From positions 1 to 46,422 of IMG/VR virus record IMGVR_UViG_3300042921_000092: DNA of 46,422 bases; one strand, 5' to 3'. Shown here piece by piece: positions 27,711 to 36,560 of this stretch (positions are counted from its first letter, which is position 1; every line of letters starts with the position of its first letter). The position numbers and the translations under genes are program-made. Under the pieces are notes generated by a model. The model had not been told where the DNA came from. It was given only the letters and a program-made list of their open reading frames with translations, and searched no databases. The DNA is from a virus. Lineage: Duplodnaviria > Caudoviricetes.

Positions 27711-28087
27711 TGTTTGATGGTGATTTCAAACCAGAAGATATCGACCTTGATGGTTATGTCGAAGATGGGAAATTCGGTCGCAAAATCCTGCGGCTTGAGT
27801 ACCCGGTCGCTGTTAAAGTCGAGGATAGTAGCGGAAAGCGCGAGGAAGCCATCGAGCATATCGAGTTCCGTCGTCCCGTAGGACGTGACCTTGATCTTCT
27901 TGAAAAGCTTGATGGTGGTAAATCCGTGATGGCTGGTTCTCGCAAATTCATTGCCGGATTGGTCTTTGGTGATGAACGGGTCACCGAAAAAGCCTTCGAG
28001 CAAATGGATGCCGATGACTATTTCCGTTCGATGGCGGTATGTTTCGGTTTTTTCCTAAAGCCTTCCCGGACGACTTCCGATCAGTGA
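27707..28087 (+). CDS. Tail assembly chaperone (gpE/gp41-like)
   Basis: L.YPV, FRRP.GRDL, MDADDY, ends near a slippery GFF. Confidence 0.85.
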   Translation: MMFDGDFKPEDIDLDGYVEDGKFGRKILRLEYPVAVKVEDSSGKREEAIEHIEFRRPVGRDLDLLEKLDGGKSVMAGSRKFIAGLVFGDERVTEKAFEQMDADDYFRSMAVCFGFFLKPSRTTSDQ

Positions 28088-28230
28088 TCAAGCTGTTTGT
28101 CGCGCGTTTCGGCTGGAAGCCAGCCGAAATTCGCGACATGCCGATTGATGACATTCTCCTTTGTATTGATGCCTATAACGAGGACGCGCAGCGACAGCTT
28201 GACGCGTTAAACGGTGTGACTGATGGCTAA
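28048..28230 (+). CDS. -1 frameshift extension of tail chaperone (E'/GT-like)
   Basis: T TTT TTC at 28048-28054; -1 frame reads ..FGWKPAEIRDMPIDDI.. Confidence 0.75.
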   Translation, partial: FFPKAFPDDFRSVIKLFVARFGWKPAEIRDMPIDDILLCIDAYNEDAQRQLDALNGVTDG

Positions 28231-29953
28231 GAATTTCGTCGTTAGCATGATCCTGAATGCGCGCGAAACGGTCTCAGGACCGATGCGCCGGGTTCAATCC
28301 ATGCTGACCGGCATTCGTGCCAAGGCTTCTGCGGTAACGCGAAGCCTTGGCTTCCACAAGATCACCGACGGTTTCCGCCGCCTTGGCACATCATTTGCCG
28401 GTCTGGGGCGCCATATCTCGGGGGTGGGTGTCGGGCTTCTGGGGTTGGCCGGGATAGGGTTCGGCGGCGGGGTTCTGGCGTGGCTGCATAGTGGGGCGGG
28501 CGAGGCCGATGTGCTTGCCAAGTTTGGCCGCACTGTCGGTATTTCGACCGAACGATTGCAGCAATGGCAGCACGCGGCAAACCAAGCCGCAGGCATGACC
28601 AACGAGGAATTGCGCAAAAGCTTCCGTGACCTGGCTAAGAACGTGGGGGACGCCGCCAACGGAATCGGGCGCGCGAAGCCGATCTTTGAGGCGTTGGGTA
28701 TCCCGCTGCGTGACAATCAGGGCAATGTGCGTGATCTGAACGATCTATTGCCCGAGCTGCAGGCTGCATTTCGCAAGATCGAGAACCCGGCGCTGCGCAC
28801 GTCAACAGCGATGAAGCTGTTTGGCGAAAGTGGATCGAAAATGTCGCTGCTATTGCAGCAGCCACAAGAGGAAATGAACCGATTGTTCGATGAAATGTCC
28901 GATCTTGGCATGATCAGCGATCAGGCGGCGAAGGATACCGAAGCCTATAACGACGCAATGGACAGCTTTGGTAAATCGATTACCGGAGTGCGTAACGGCT
29001 TGATGGGCGCTTTAATGCCTGTTTTGACGCCGTTGATTACCAAGATGAAGGAATTCATAATCTCGATCCGCCCGCAGATTGTGGAGCGTTTGGGTACGGC
29101 AATCTCGGATGCCGCCAAAACGATGACCGGTTGGTTTACGGCGGCTGAAGATGGAACTACCCCAGCCGGTCAGGCTTTAGAATCCTTCATGCGCAAGATT
29201 GAAAACATCATGCGGATGGGAGGGAGTTTTATCGATTTCATCGGCGGGTGGCAAAATGCTCTGATTGCCTTGGGGGCAATCATGGCAGGCCCGCTGATTG
29301 CTTCGCTGGTGTCGGTAGGGGCGGCGATTGTAAATCTTGGCGCTGTGATGCTTGCCAATCCGATTATCGCCGCTGTCGCTGCAATCGGCGCAGCGGCTTA
29401 TGTGATTTACGATAACTGGGATGGGATTGTCAGTTACTTCACCGGCAAGATCGACGCCGTAAGGTCGGCTTTTAAAACCGGGTTCATCGACGGTGTGATG
29501 GCCTATATGGCCGAGTTCAATCCGTTTTCATTGCTCTATGACGGGTTTACCGGGCTGGTCAAATACCTGACCGACTTCGATCTTGCGGCCATCATTTCGG
29601 AAAAAGTGCGGGCGATGATGTCTGTACTGCCCGATTGGGTGGTTGAAAAGCTAGGTGTTAGCAAGCCTCGCGCGATGACAGAGGAAGAATCGGCAAAGCT
29701 CGATAACGGGCCGAAATTCCAGCCCAACGCGGATCCTCGTGCTGATTTCATAAACATGCCGCAGCGTGTTGCGAATGCGCAGGCACAGGCGGGCGCGCGT
29801 GCATCGCAGCAAGCGCCAGAGGGTAAGATCGTCGTCGAAATCGTGGGTGATGGTGCTGCCAATGCCCGCGTTCGGCAGTCAAAATCGACCGGTATTGGTT
29901 TGGAAACCAGCCTGCGGACAGGGCCAAGTCTTGCGGGTATGGGTGCTGGGTAA
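28223..29953 (+). CDS. Tail tape measure protein
   Basis: 576 aa Ala/Gly-rich helical protein after chaperones; LANPI..AV, IYDNWDGI..YF. Confidence 0.9.
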   Translation: MAKNFVVSMILNARETVSGPMRRVQSMLTGIRAKASAVTRSLGFHKITDGFRRLGTSFAGLGRHISGVGVGLLGLAGIGFGGGVLAWLHSGAGEADVLAKFGRTVGISTERLQQWQHAANQAAGMTNEELRKSFRDLAKNVGDAANGIGRAKPIFEALGIPLRDNQGNVRDLNDLLPELQAAFRKIENPALRTSTAMKLFGESGSKMSLLLQQPQEEMNRLFDEMSDLGMISDQAAKDTEAYNDAMDSFGKSITGVRNGLMGALMPVLTPLITKMKEFIISIRPQIVERLGTAISDAAKTMTGWFTAAEDGTTPAGQALESFMRKIENIMRMGGSFIDFIGGWQNALIALGAIMAGPLIASLVSVGAAIVNLGAVMLANPIIAAVAAIGAAAYVIYDNWDGIVSYFTGKIDAVRSAFKTGFIDGVMAYMAEFNPFSLLYDGFTGLVKYLTDFDLAAIISEKVRAMMSVLPDWVVEKLGVSKPRAMTEEESAKLDNGPKFQPNADPRADFINMPQRVANAQAQAGARASQQAPEGKIVVEIVGDGAANARVRQSKSTGIGLETSLRTGPSLAGMGAG

Positions 29954-29964
29954 TTCCAGCATTC

Positions 29965-30016
29965 CCGCGCCGATGGTGCTTTTCTTTCATTTTGCACCAT
30001 CGGCGCGGTTTATTTT
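29965..30016. terminator. Strong hairpin/terminator between tape measure and moron
   Basis: Perfect 15-bp stem CCGCGCCGATGGTGC/GCACCATCGGCGCGG followed by TTTATTTT. Confidence 0.7.
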
Positions 30017-30082
30017 GGAGATGTGGGTATGACGCATACGCTTACGCTTGATATGATTGATCAGGTTACACCGGTCTACGAA

Positions 30083-30280
30083 CTAGCCGGAGAATTTCCC
30101 AAACATCTTGTCGACTTCCTTAAGCAGTCCCCCGAGCTTGCCACCAAGCTTGATGTCCTTCCGGCAAGCGGGACAGCGGATCGAACTCTTGTTGCCAAGT
30201 TCTCCGATCTTTTTCTTGAGCGACTTGTTGCAAGCGGGGCAGTCAATGTCGAGGACTTGATCGCGATAGGGATTGTTCAT
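30083..30280 (-). CDS. Small zinc-ribbon protein (moron)
   Basis: IDCPACN...IRCPACR, 65 aa. Confidence 0.75.
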   Translation of the reverse strand: MNNPYRDQVLDIDCPACNKSLKKKIGELGNKSSIRCPACRKDIKLGGKLGGLLKEVDKMFGKFSG

Positions 30281-30648
30281 AAGGATTTCTCACTCGGAGT
30301 TAATGCAAATGATTAATGCCACGTTATCAGTGAGTGGGCGCGTGTTTCCGGGCAACGGCCTCGTTGGCGAAGGTTGTGCGTGCCTGGCTATTGACGTCCA
30401 GGCCCCGCGCTTTGCACCAACCGGGGAACTCATCCGGGTCGAGAAGAACGGTTTCGACGATCACCCCGTCCTTGACGAGCTTTTCTCGGAGTTGCTCGGC
30501 CTTGTTGCTCCACTCGGCCCAAGTGCGGGGAAGGACCTTCCCGTCTGACATGATCTTGAGGATTTTGGGATAGTCTTCCTTGCGATACCAAGGAATGCCC
30601 ATTGCTCTGATCTGATGATATGGAGGTGTCGTCATAAGGATTTCTCAC
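30277..30648. repeat. 17-bp direct repeat TCATAAGGATTTCTCAC (30277-30293 and 30632-30648)
   Basis: Identical copies containing the start codon and leader of both minus-strand moron genes. Confidence 0.9.
30327..30635 (-). CDS. Hypothetical protein (moron)
   Basis: 102 aa, GIPWYRKEDY..LPRTWAEW..LDPDEFPGWC..RG...AR..FA; TTGACA-N17-CACGCT promoter at 30697-30669. Confidence 0.8.
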   Translation of the reverse strand: MTTPPYHQIRAMGIPWYRKEDYPKILKIMSDGKVLPRTWAEWSNKAEQLREKLVKDGVIVETVLLDPDEFPGWCKARGLDVNSQARTTFANEAVARKHAPTH

Positions 30649-30714
30649 GCTGTGGTTGTGGTGGCGATAGCGTGAGGGATGGTGAGGGGCCTGTCAATAA
30701 GCGATAGGTAATAT

Positions 30715-30734
30715 GGTGCCGCGAAAGCGGCACC
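30715..30734. terminator. GC hairpin with GAAA loop downstream of XRE gene
   Basis: GGTGCCGC-GAAA-GCGGCACC; no clear U-tract. Confidence 0.5.
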
Positions 30735-30737
30735 GCC

Positions 30738-30977
30738 TCACTGCTTCTTGAGGCGGACGCCGGGGCCTTCGCCGTTCTCGGAGATAAAGATTACGCCTGC
30801 GGCTTCGAGGGTGTTTTTGATTGCCACCAGGTTAGGCTTGTTGATGTTTGGTGTGTCGTTGTCTGATGCCTCGGACCTTCTGACAGTCATTAAGCCTACA
30901 CCTGCCTTTTCGGCTAGGTCCTGAGCGGTGAATTTAACGAGCGCCCGTGCAGCTCTGATCTGTGATCCAGTGATCAT
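30738..30977 (-). CDS. XRE-family HTH regulator
   Basis: MITGSQIRAARAL..TAQDLAEKAGVG..TVRR.E..LEAAGV.FI.ENGEGPGVRL. Confidence 0.92.
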   Translation of the reverse strand: MITGSQIRAARALVKFTAQDLAEKAGVGLMTVRRSEASDNDTPNINKPNLVAIKNTLEAAGVIFISENGEGPGVRLKKQ

Positions 30978-31063
30978 TTTTGTACCATGTGATTTTTAAT
31001 TGACCATAAAAGTTCCAAGTGATACAAAAAATACCACTTGGTACTTCATAGGGCAATCAAATC

Positions 31064-31366
31064 ATGTCTAAAGCAGTCAAATTCGATCCGCCGAAAGGCA
31101 TTACGGAACTGGATGAAGTTTTCGAAGTCCTCAAAACGGTCGGTGACCGCGATGAGGATAATGTCCTGTCGATCTGGCGGGAGCATCAATTGCGGGTGAT
31201 CCCGGCTGTTACGTCCGGTGAGCTGGAAAAGAAGTTCGATATTCTTGAAGATTGGGTCGGGCCGGGTAACAAGGGGCTGACCGAGGCTGATTGCTTGCAG
31301 GTCTATGCATGGGTTCGGTCGATCCGCAAAGACGCGGTTGCGATGCTGGAAGGGGCAAAGTCATGA
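31064..31366 (+). CDS. Hypothetical protein
   Basis: 100 aa, divergent from XRE; TTGACC-N17-TACAAA promoter at 31000-31028; ATGA overlap with BRO gene. Confidence 0.75.
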   Translation: MSKAVKFDPPKGITELDEVFEVLKTVGDRDEDNVLSIWREHQLRVIPAVTSGELEKKFDILEDWVGPGNKGLTEADCLQVYAWVRSIRKDAVAMLEGAKS

Positions 31367-32241
31367 CCCTGCCGGTATCGTTTGATTTTGAAGGTCAGTC
31401 GGTTCGCACTGTCGATATTGAAGGTGCAATCTGGTTTGTTCATGCTGACGTTTGTCAGGTGTTGGAAATGAGGTCCCCTCATAAAGCTGCTGAAAGATTG
31501 GATGATGATGAAAAGGGTCGGACTATTATTCCGACCCCCGGTGGAAAACAGGAACTGACCATCATCAACGAAAGCGGTCTTTATTCCCTGATCCTGACCA
31601 GCCGCAAGGAAGCGGCGAAACGGTTCAAGAAATGGGTGACCGCCGAGGTGCTGCCAGCCTTGCGCAAGCATGGTCATTATGAAATGCCGGGGATTGTTCC
31701 GGTTTCCAGTCGCAAGAATTTGCCGCCATCGGCAATCCCGCGATCGGAACGGCATTATGATCTTGCGCTCGTGCGTGAGGCGCGGGCGACATATGGCGAG
31801 GCCGGGGCGCGATATGTATGGGCCAATTCGGCGACGCTGCCGGATATGTCGTGCATGAGTGAACAGGATCGGCTTGATGACCTGGCGCGGATGCGGGCCG
31901 AGGATTGTCTGAGGTATCTATTGCGTCATTCGATGGGGCGCGGGGTGCCGGTATCGGAAATGATCGTTTTCGCGCAGTACCGCGATGACGTGAAAATCGC
32001 GCTGGAAGAACGGGGGATCAAGGTTTCGCCAAGCCGATATCGCGGCAAGGTGATACTGGCGTCCGATCATCCTTTTTTGAACAAGGTTTATGCGCCCACC
32101 GATTGGGCGGGGATTTATCAACGCGTATTGAAAGACCTTCCGGGTGCGCATGTGACGCGCCATTCCCTGACTTTTGCCGATGAAGAAAGTCCGGGTGTGG
32201 TCGTGCCACTTGTCATCGTCAACAATGTCGGAGGGTTTTAA
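31363..32241 (+). CDS. BRO-N domain antirepressor-like protein
   Basis: FDFEGQSVR, WFVHADVC.VL, LDDDEK, INESGLYSLILTSRK.AAKRFKKWVT.EVLP.LRKHG.Y. Confidence 0.92.
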   Translation: MTLPVSFDFEGQSVRTVDIEGAIWFVHADVCQVLEMRSPHKAAERLDDDEKGRTIIPTPGGKQELTIINESGLYSLILTSRKEAAKRFKKWVTAEVLPALRKHGHYEMPGIVPVSSRKNLPPSAIPRSERHYDLALVREARATYGEAGARYVWANSATLPDMSCMSEQDRLDDLARMRAEDCLRYLLRHSMGRGVPVSEMIVFAQYRDDVKIALEERGIKVSPSRYRGKVILASDHPFLNKVYAPTDWAGIYQRVLKDLPGAHVTRHSLTFADEESPGVVVPLVIVNNVGGF

Positions 32242-32250
32242 GGGTGATGT

Positions 32251-33111
32251 ATGCTTTCCATGTCTTATGCCGACAATGTCGATCAGATCATCGCCAATTT
32301 GACCCGTCTTGAAAAGGAACAGGTTCCGTTTGCCTTATCCAAGGCGATCAACCGGGTGACATTCGAAGCGCGGGACGAGGTGCTTGCGAAGATGGATCGA
32401 CGTTTTACGATCCGCGAGAATTCCTTAAAGGCCAAGGGTGGTGGTCGCCGCGCATTATTCGTGAATGCCAGCAACAAAAAACAGTCTTCCATCCGGGCCG
32501 AGATAGGGACGCCATTCTGGTTTATGGAGGATCAGGAAGAGGGCGGTACCCGTACTGGTAAATCCGGGCAGGGTGCTTGGTTGCCGGGGTCGGGGGCGCG
32601 CACGCGCAAATCCAAAGAAGGCAAGGTTACATCGCGTTTTAAAAAGGCCAAGGTGCGCAAAATGATTGCGTCTACCGGGGCCTATCCGAAGGGGCGGCGT
32701 TCTAAGAAGAATCCGAAAGCCTACGCAAAACAGCAGCCTTTCATCGCAACGATGAAAAGTGGCAAGCGTGGGGTGTTTATTCGCCAGAAGCGAAACAGTC
32801 GGTTGCCGATATCATTGTTGTGGACGGTAACTAAATCGTTCCGCGTCGCACCGCGTTGGCGGTTTCGCGAAATGATCGAGGGGCTTAGCGAGAAAAAGCT
32901 CGCGGCGTATTTCATTGCGGACATGCAGGAAGCGTTGCGGACATCGCGCAGTGGGTCAAAGCAAAGCCGATACCTTGAATATCTTATCGGGCAGCGTGAT
33001 TTGCGGGCCGGTGAAAGGTTGCTTCCGGTGTCGCAGCTTGGTGCCGGGTCGCTTTCGGGAAATACGCTGGATCAGTTAAGCCAGGTATCGCGCGGTTTGC
33101 CGGGGATTTAA
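32251..33111 (+). CDS. Putative tail completion protein (gpZ-like), basic
   Basis: QVPFALSKAINRV...A, PFIATMKSG.RGVF.R. Confidence 0.6.
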   Translation: MLSMSYADNVDQIIANLTRLEKEQVPFALSKAINRVTFEARDEVLAKMDRRFTIRENSLKAKGGGRRALFVNASNKKQSSIRAEIGTPFWFMEDQEEGGTRTGKSGQGAWLPGSGARTRKSKEGKVTSRFKKAKVRKMIASTGAYPKGRRSKKNPKAYAKQQPFIATMKSGKRGVFIRQKRNSRLPISLLWTVTKSFRVAPRWRFREMIEGLSEKKLAAYFIADMQEALRTSRSGSKQSRYLEYLIGQRDLRAGERLLPVSQLGAGSLSGNTLDQLSQVSRGLPGI

Positions 33112-33115
33112 CAAT

Positions 33116-34342
33116 ATGGCTTTTGAGGATGAAGTGCGGGACGGGCTGTGGCGCAGTGCGCCCATGATTGTCCGCTCGGTGCGTCGTTCGTCCGGGCGTC
33201 GTGGCCCCACAGTGGAACGTCCGAACCGGGATGATGCAGACACACAGGACCTTGGTCGTAAGGTCCGGACATTCAATGTCGACTGTTTTGTTCTGACCAT
33301 TGATGGATTTGCCGCGCGCGATCAATTGATTGCCGCGCTTGAAAAAGAGGGGCCAGGAACCTTTGTGGACCCGTTCGGCGGCCTGACTTCCGAGCGATGG
33401 GTAAAGGTCGCTGACTACGACGTTTCCAACAGTTTCGCGGCTGAAGGTGTTGCCAATTTCTCGATCGTCTTTGAGGAAGTTGGCGAGAATGCGGAGCGTG
33501 GGTTCACACCGGGGCGCGTTTCCAATGTCTATCAGCTCGGCGTGCAATCCTCGGCGTTGTCATCTGCAGCGAGTGCCGCCTTCGTCAACAGTTATATCAC
33601 GGATGGCATGCCGGGATTTGTCCGCGAAGCGGGGGCTGATGTCATTGGCACGCTGACGGATCAGGTCGGTGGGCAGCTTTTTACGGCGATCGGGGTTGAT
33701 GCTTCGATGTCGGATGCGATCGACGGGATCGGAGCGGTCGGATTAACCGCCCTGACCGGGGGGGGTGTCGATATTGCGAGTGGTATTTCTTCTGGCTTTG
33801 CGTTGCTTTCGTCCTCGGTTCCTGACGCCGCGGAAGGTGTGAACGGTTTTCTTTCCCTGTCTGCATTTGAAGCGGCGGGTGTCGATGTTCCAGTATCGAC
33901 CGCAACCCGGCAGGTCGAGGCGGTCAATCGCACGGCGCTTGGGGCGTTGATCCGGCGAACGGCGATTTCGGCAGCGGCGGAGCTTCTGCCGAACTATACG
34001 TTCGTTTCATATGATCAGGCGGCTGAAATAACCGGCCAGTTTCTTGATGTCATCGACCGGGAAATGGATCGGGCGGGCGGTAATGTCCCCGGTGAAAGTG
34101 ACGCCGGTGTGTTTTCTGCCCTGTCGTCGGTTCGAACGTCTGTGGTTGATTACACGCGCGAAGCCGGGGCGGGCAAGGCTAAGACGATCAGCGACATGCC
34201 TTGGTTAACCGAGGCGTCGGTTGTGACGGCCCATCGCCTTTATGGTGATGCGCGCCGTGCACCTGAAATCGTTAAGCGCAACGGTATTGCGCATCCGAAT
34301 ATGGTCGCGTCTTGGGCGCCGATTGAGGTTCTTGATGATTGA
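33116..34342 (+). CDS. Mu gpN-like DNA circularization/tail protein
   Basis: GRR....E.P.RD....DLGRK.R, ALEKEGPG..VDP, LYGDARRA.EI..RN.I.HP. Confidence 0.9.
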   Translation: MAFEDEVRDGLWRSAPMIVRSVRRSSGRRGPTVERPNRDDADTQDLGRKVRTFNVDCFVLTIDGFAARDQLIAALEKEGPGTFVDPFGGLTSERWVKVADYDVSNSFAAEGVANFSIVFEEVGENAERGFTPGRVSNVYQLGVQSSALSSAASAAFVNSYITDGMPGFVREAGADVIGTLTDQVGGQLFTAIGVDASMSDAIDGIGAVGLTALTGGGVDIASGISSGFALLSSSVPDAAEGVNGFLSLSAFEAAGVDVPVSTATRQVEAVNRTALGALIRRTAISAAAELLPNYTFVSYDQAAEITGQFLDVIDREMDRAGGNVPGESDAGVFSALSSVRTSVVDYTREAGAGKAKTISDMPWLTEASVVTAHRLYGDARRAPEIVKRNGIAHPNMVASWAPIEVLDD

Positions 34343-35429
34343 TGCACCTGAAGTCGAGCTGGATGGCAAGATTTACGATGACTGGCAGAAATGCTCGTTC
34401 AATTTTTCGATCAGCGATATCGCCAATTCCTTTGCCTTGACTACCCCGGACTTCACGCCGGATCACGGCGAAGATATGGCTGTAAAGGCGCGGTTTGGGG
34501 ATCATGAATTGCTTACGGGTTGGCTTGAGGAAGTCGACAATTCGACTGTGCCCGATCAGGAAGGAACGCGACTGAGCGGGCGATCAAAGGCGGGTGATCT
34601 GGTCGATTGTTCGGCGATCGTGCCGGGTGGGGAGTATCATAACCTTTCACTGCTTGAGGCTTGTGTCGATCTTTGCAATCCATTTGGTATCGCGGTGTCG
34701 GCGTTGGTCGATGTCGGTGATCGGTTTGACCGGATCAAGATCGAACAAGGCGAGGAAGTCGGGCAGGTGATCGACCGGATATGCCGGGAACGAGGCCTGA
34801 TGGCATGGTCGGTGGGTTCCGGCGATATCGTTCTTGGTCGTCCGGGGTTCGCGAGAGCGCAAACGGATCTTCGCTATCGATATACGGGGTCCGGTCAGCT
34901 TCAAAGCGATAACAATATTGTCGAGCTGTCGGCCAAACTGACCAAAGCCAATCGGCATTCGAAGCTGATCATGCGGTCGCAGGGGCAAACAAGTGATGAT
35001 GATTTTGGTATTGCCGCCGCCCAGTCCGAGGCCGCGGCGGTCGATGACGCGGTTCGTCGGTATCGACCCAAGGTCCTGACAAGCGATGGGGCAGGGTCGT
35101 CCGATCAGCTTCGCCAGCGTGTTAATTGGGAAATGGCACGCCGGATCGGTAAATCAACCGCCATCACCTATCAGTGCGAGGGCTGGCAACAGGTCCCGGG
35201 CGGGGATATCTGGCGCCCCGGGTTGCTGGTTGCCGTCGAAGATCAGAAAAACAAGATCGCCGAGGAAATGCTGATCGTTTCTGTCGGGCTGACGCTTGAT
35301 GAAGACAAGGGCGGTTATCGCACCTCCCTGTCGGTCGAGCCGCCCGCCGCGTGGGTGCCCAAGCCGATCTTTGCAAAGGCTGATGGTGATGCGCAATACG
35401 CGGCCCTTCGTCGCGCTGTAAGGGGGTAG
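34335..35429 (+). CDS. Baseplate hub protein (Mu gpP/gp44-like)
   Basis: GRSKAGDLVDCS, RYRP, WE..RR.G, GW.Q..G.IW.PG. Confidence 0.92.
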   Translation: MIDAPEVELDGKIYDDWQKCSFNFSISDIANSFALTTPDFTPDHGEDMAVKARFGDHELLTGWLEEVDNSTVPDQEGTRLSGRSKAGDLVDCSAIVPGGEYHNLSLLEACVDLCNPFGIAVSALVDVGDRFDRIKIEQGEEVGQVIDRICRERGLMAWSVGSGDIVLGRPGFARAQTDLRYRYTGSGQLQSDNNIVELSAKLTKANRHSKLIMRSQGQTSDDDFGIAAAQSEAAAVDDAVRRYRPKVLTSDGAGSSDQLRQRVNWEMARRIGKSTAITYQCEGWQQVPGGDIWRPGLLVAVEDQKNKIAEEMLIVSVGLTLDEDKGGYRTSLSVEPPAAWVPKPIFAKADGDAQYAALRRAVRG

Positions 35430-35433
35430 GGCA

Positions 35434-36066
35434 ATGTCAGATGGCTTGTTTCAGCGTCTCTCGCGTCGCGTGGAAAATATGATCTTCCGGGCAGTGGTTC
35501 GTTACGCCAAGTCGACCAGTCAGGGCGGGGCAATTTCCGCGCAATTGGCGGGGCGTTCAGGCGATACGCTCGATGGTGTTGTGGTGTTTGAGGGGTATGG
35601 TTTTAGCCATATTCCGCTTCCGGTTGATGCCAATGGGCGCGGCGCTGAAACCATTGTGTTTCAGTTGGAACGAAACCTTGCGGTTGCGATCCCGCCCATG
35701 GACCGCCGCCATCGGGCGAAGTCCGGGGCTGTAATTCCGGGTGAGGTCAGTATCTATGATGATCAGGGACAGCGGATAACACTGAAACGCGGCAAAAAAA
35801 TCGTCATTGACGGGGCGGATTTCCTTGATGCGCTGATTGCGACAAAGGTGCTGGTCAATTGCCCGGATGTTGAATTCACCGGCAATGTAAAGATCGGCGG
35901 CAACCTTGAGGTGGTCGGTCAAGCTACCGTTGGCGGCGATATCACCGATCAGGCGGGGTCTGGCAACACGCGAACCGTTGCCGGTATGCGTGAAGTCTAT
36001 AACGGCCATGAACACCCTGAAAACGATAATAACGGCCCTACCGACCCGCCAAATCAGGGGATGTAA
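35434..36066 (+). CDS. Baseplate spike (Mu gp45-like)
   Basis: YGFSH.P, GEV.IYDDQG..I.L, C-terminal HEH metal-binding tip. Confidence 0.9.
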   Translation: MSDGLFQRLSRRVENMIFRAVVRYAKSTSQGGAISAQLAGRSGDTLDGVVVFEGYGFSHIPLPVDANGRGAETIVFQLERNLAVAIPPMDRRHRAKSGAVIPGEVSIYDDQGQRITLKRGKKIVIDGADFLDALIATKVLVNCPDVEFTGNVKIGGNLEVVGQATVGGDITDQAGSGNTRTVAGMREVYNGHEHPENDNNGPTDPPNQGM

Positions 36067-36068
36067 GA

Positions 36069-36560
36069 ATGTCGAATTTATACACCGACATGGCGCTCCG
36101 CTATGACGCGGAACGTCGCCGGTTTGATCTGTCCTTGATTGGCGGTCAAATGCCGTCGCTCCAGACAGATCATGGATTGGAGACGGCGGTAACCGCGTCG
36201 CTTTTTACGGACCGGCGCGCGCGCGAGGATGATGCTTTGCCCGATGGGTCTGATCGCCGGGGCTTTTGGGGGGAGGCTTGGCCCGCCGTTGGTGGGGTCA
36301 GGATGGGCTCGCGCCTGTGGCTTCTGGATCGCGAGATCATCACAAGCGAAACGGTCGCGCGTGTGCGCGAATACGGGACGGAGGCCTTGCAATGGCTGAC
36401 GCAATTAGGTGTAGCGCAGTCCGCGACGTTTGACGCGGTTCGCGATCGCGCGGCGGGGCGTTGGGTGATTTCAGGTCATGCGCTCATAAAGCGGCCCGCC
36501 GGGCAGATTTTCGAGCGGCGTTTTGCTGACCTTTGGGATTGGATGGATCGAAATTCATGA
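36069..36560 (+). CDS. Baseplate protein (Mu gp46-like)
   Basis: LETAV..SLFTDRRA, RRGFWG, GSRLWLL.RE, EALQWL. Confidence 0.93.
   Translation: MSNLYTDMALRYDAERRRFDLSLIGGQMPSLQTDHGLETAVTASLFTDRRAREDDALPDGSDRRGFWGEAWPAVGGVRMGSRLWLLDREIITSETVARVREYGTEALQWLTQLGVAQSATFDAVRDRAAGRWVISGHALIKRPAGQIFERRFADLWDWMDRNS

Noticed and set aside
30277-30648. CRISPR mini-array
   Set aside because: Only two 17-bp copies 355 bp apart with a gene between them; no cas genes
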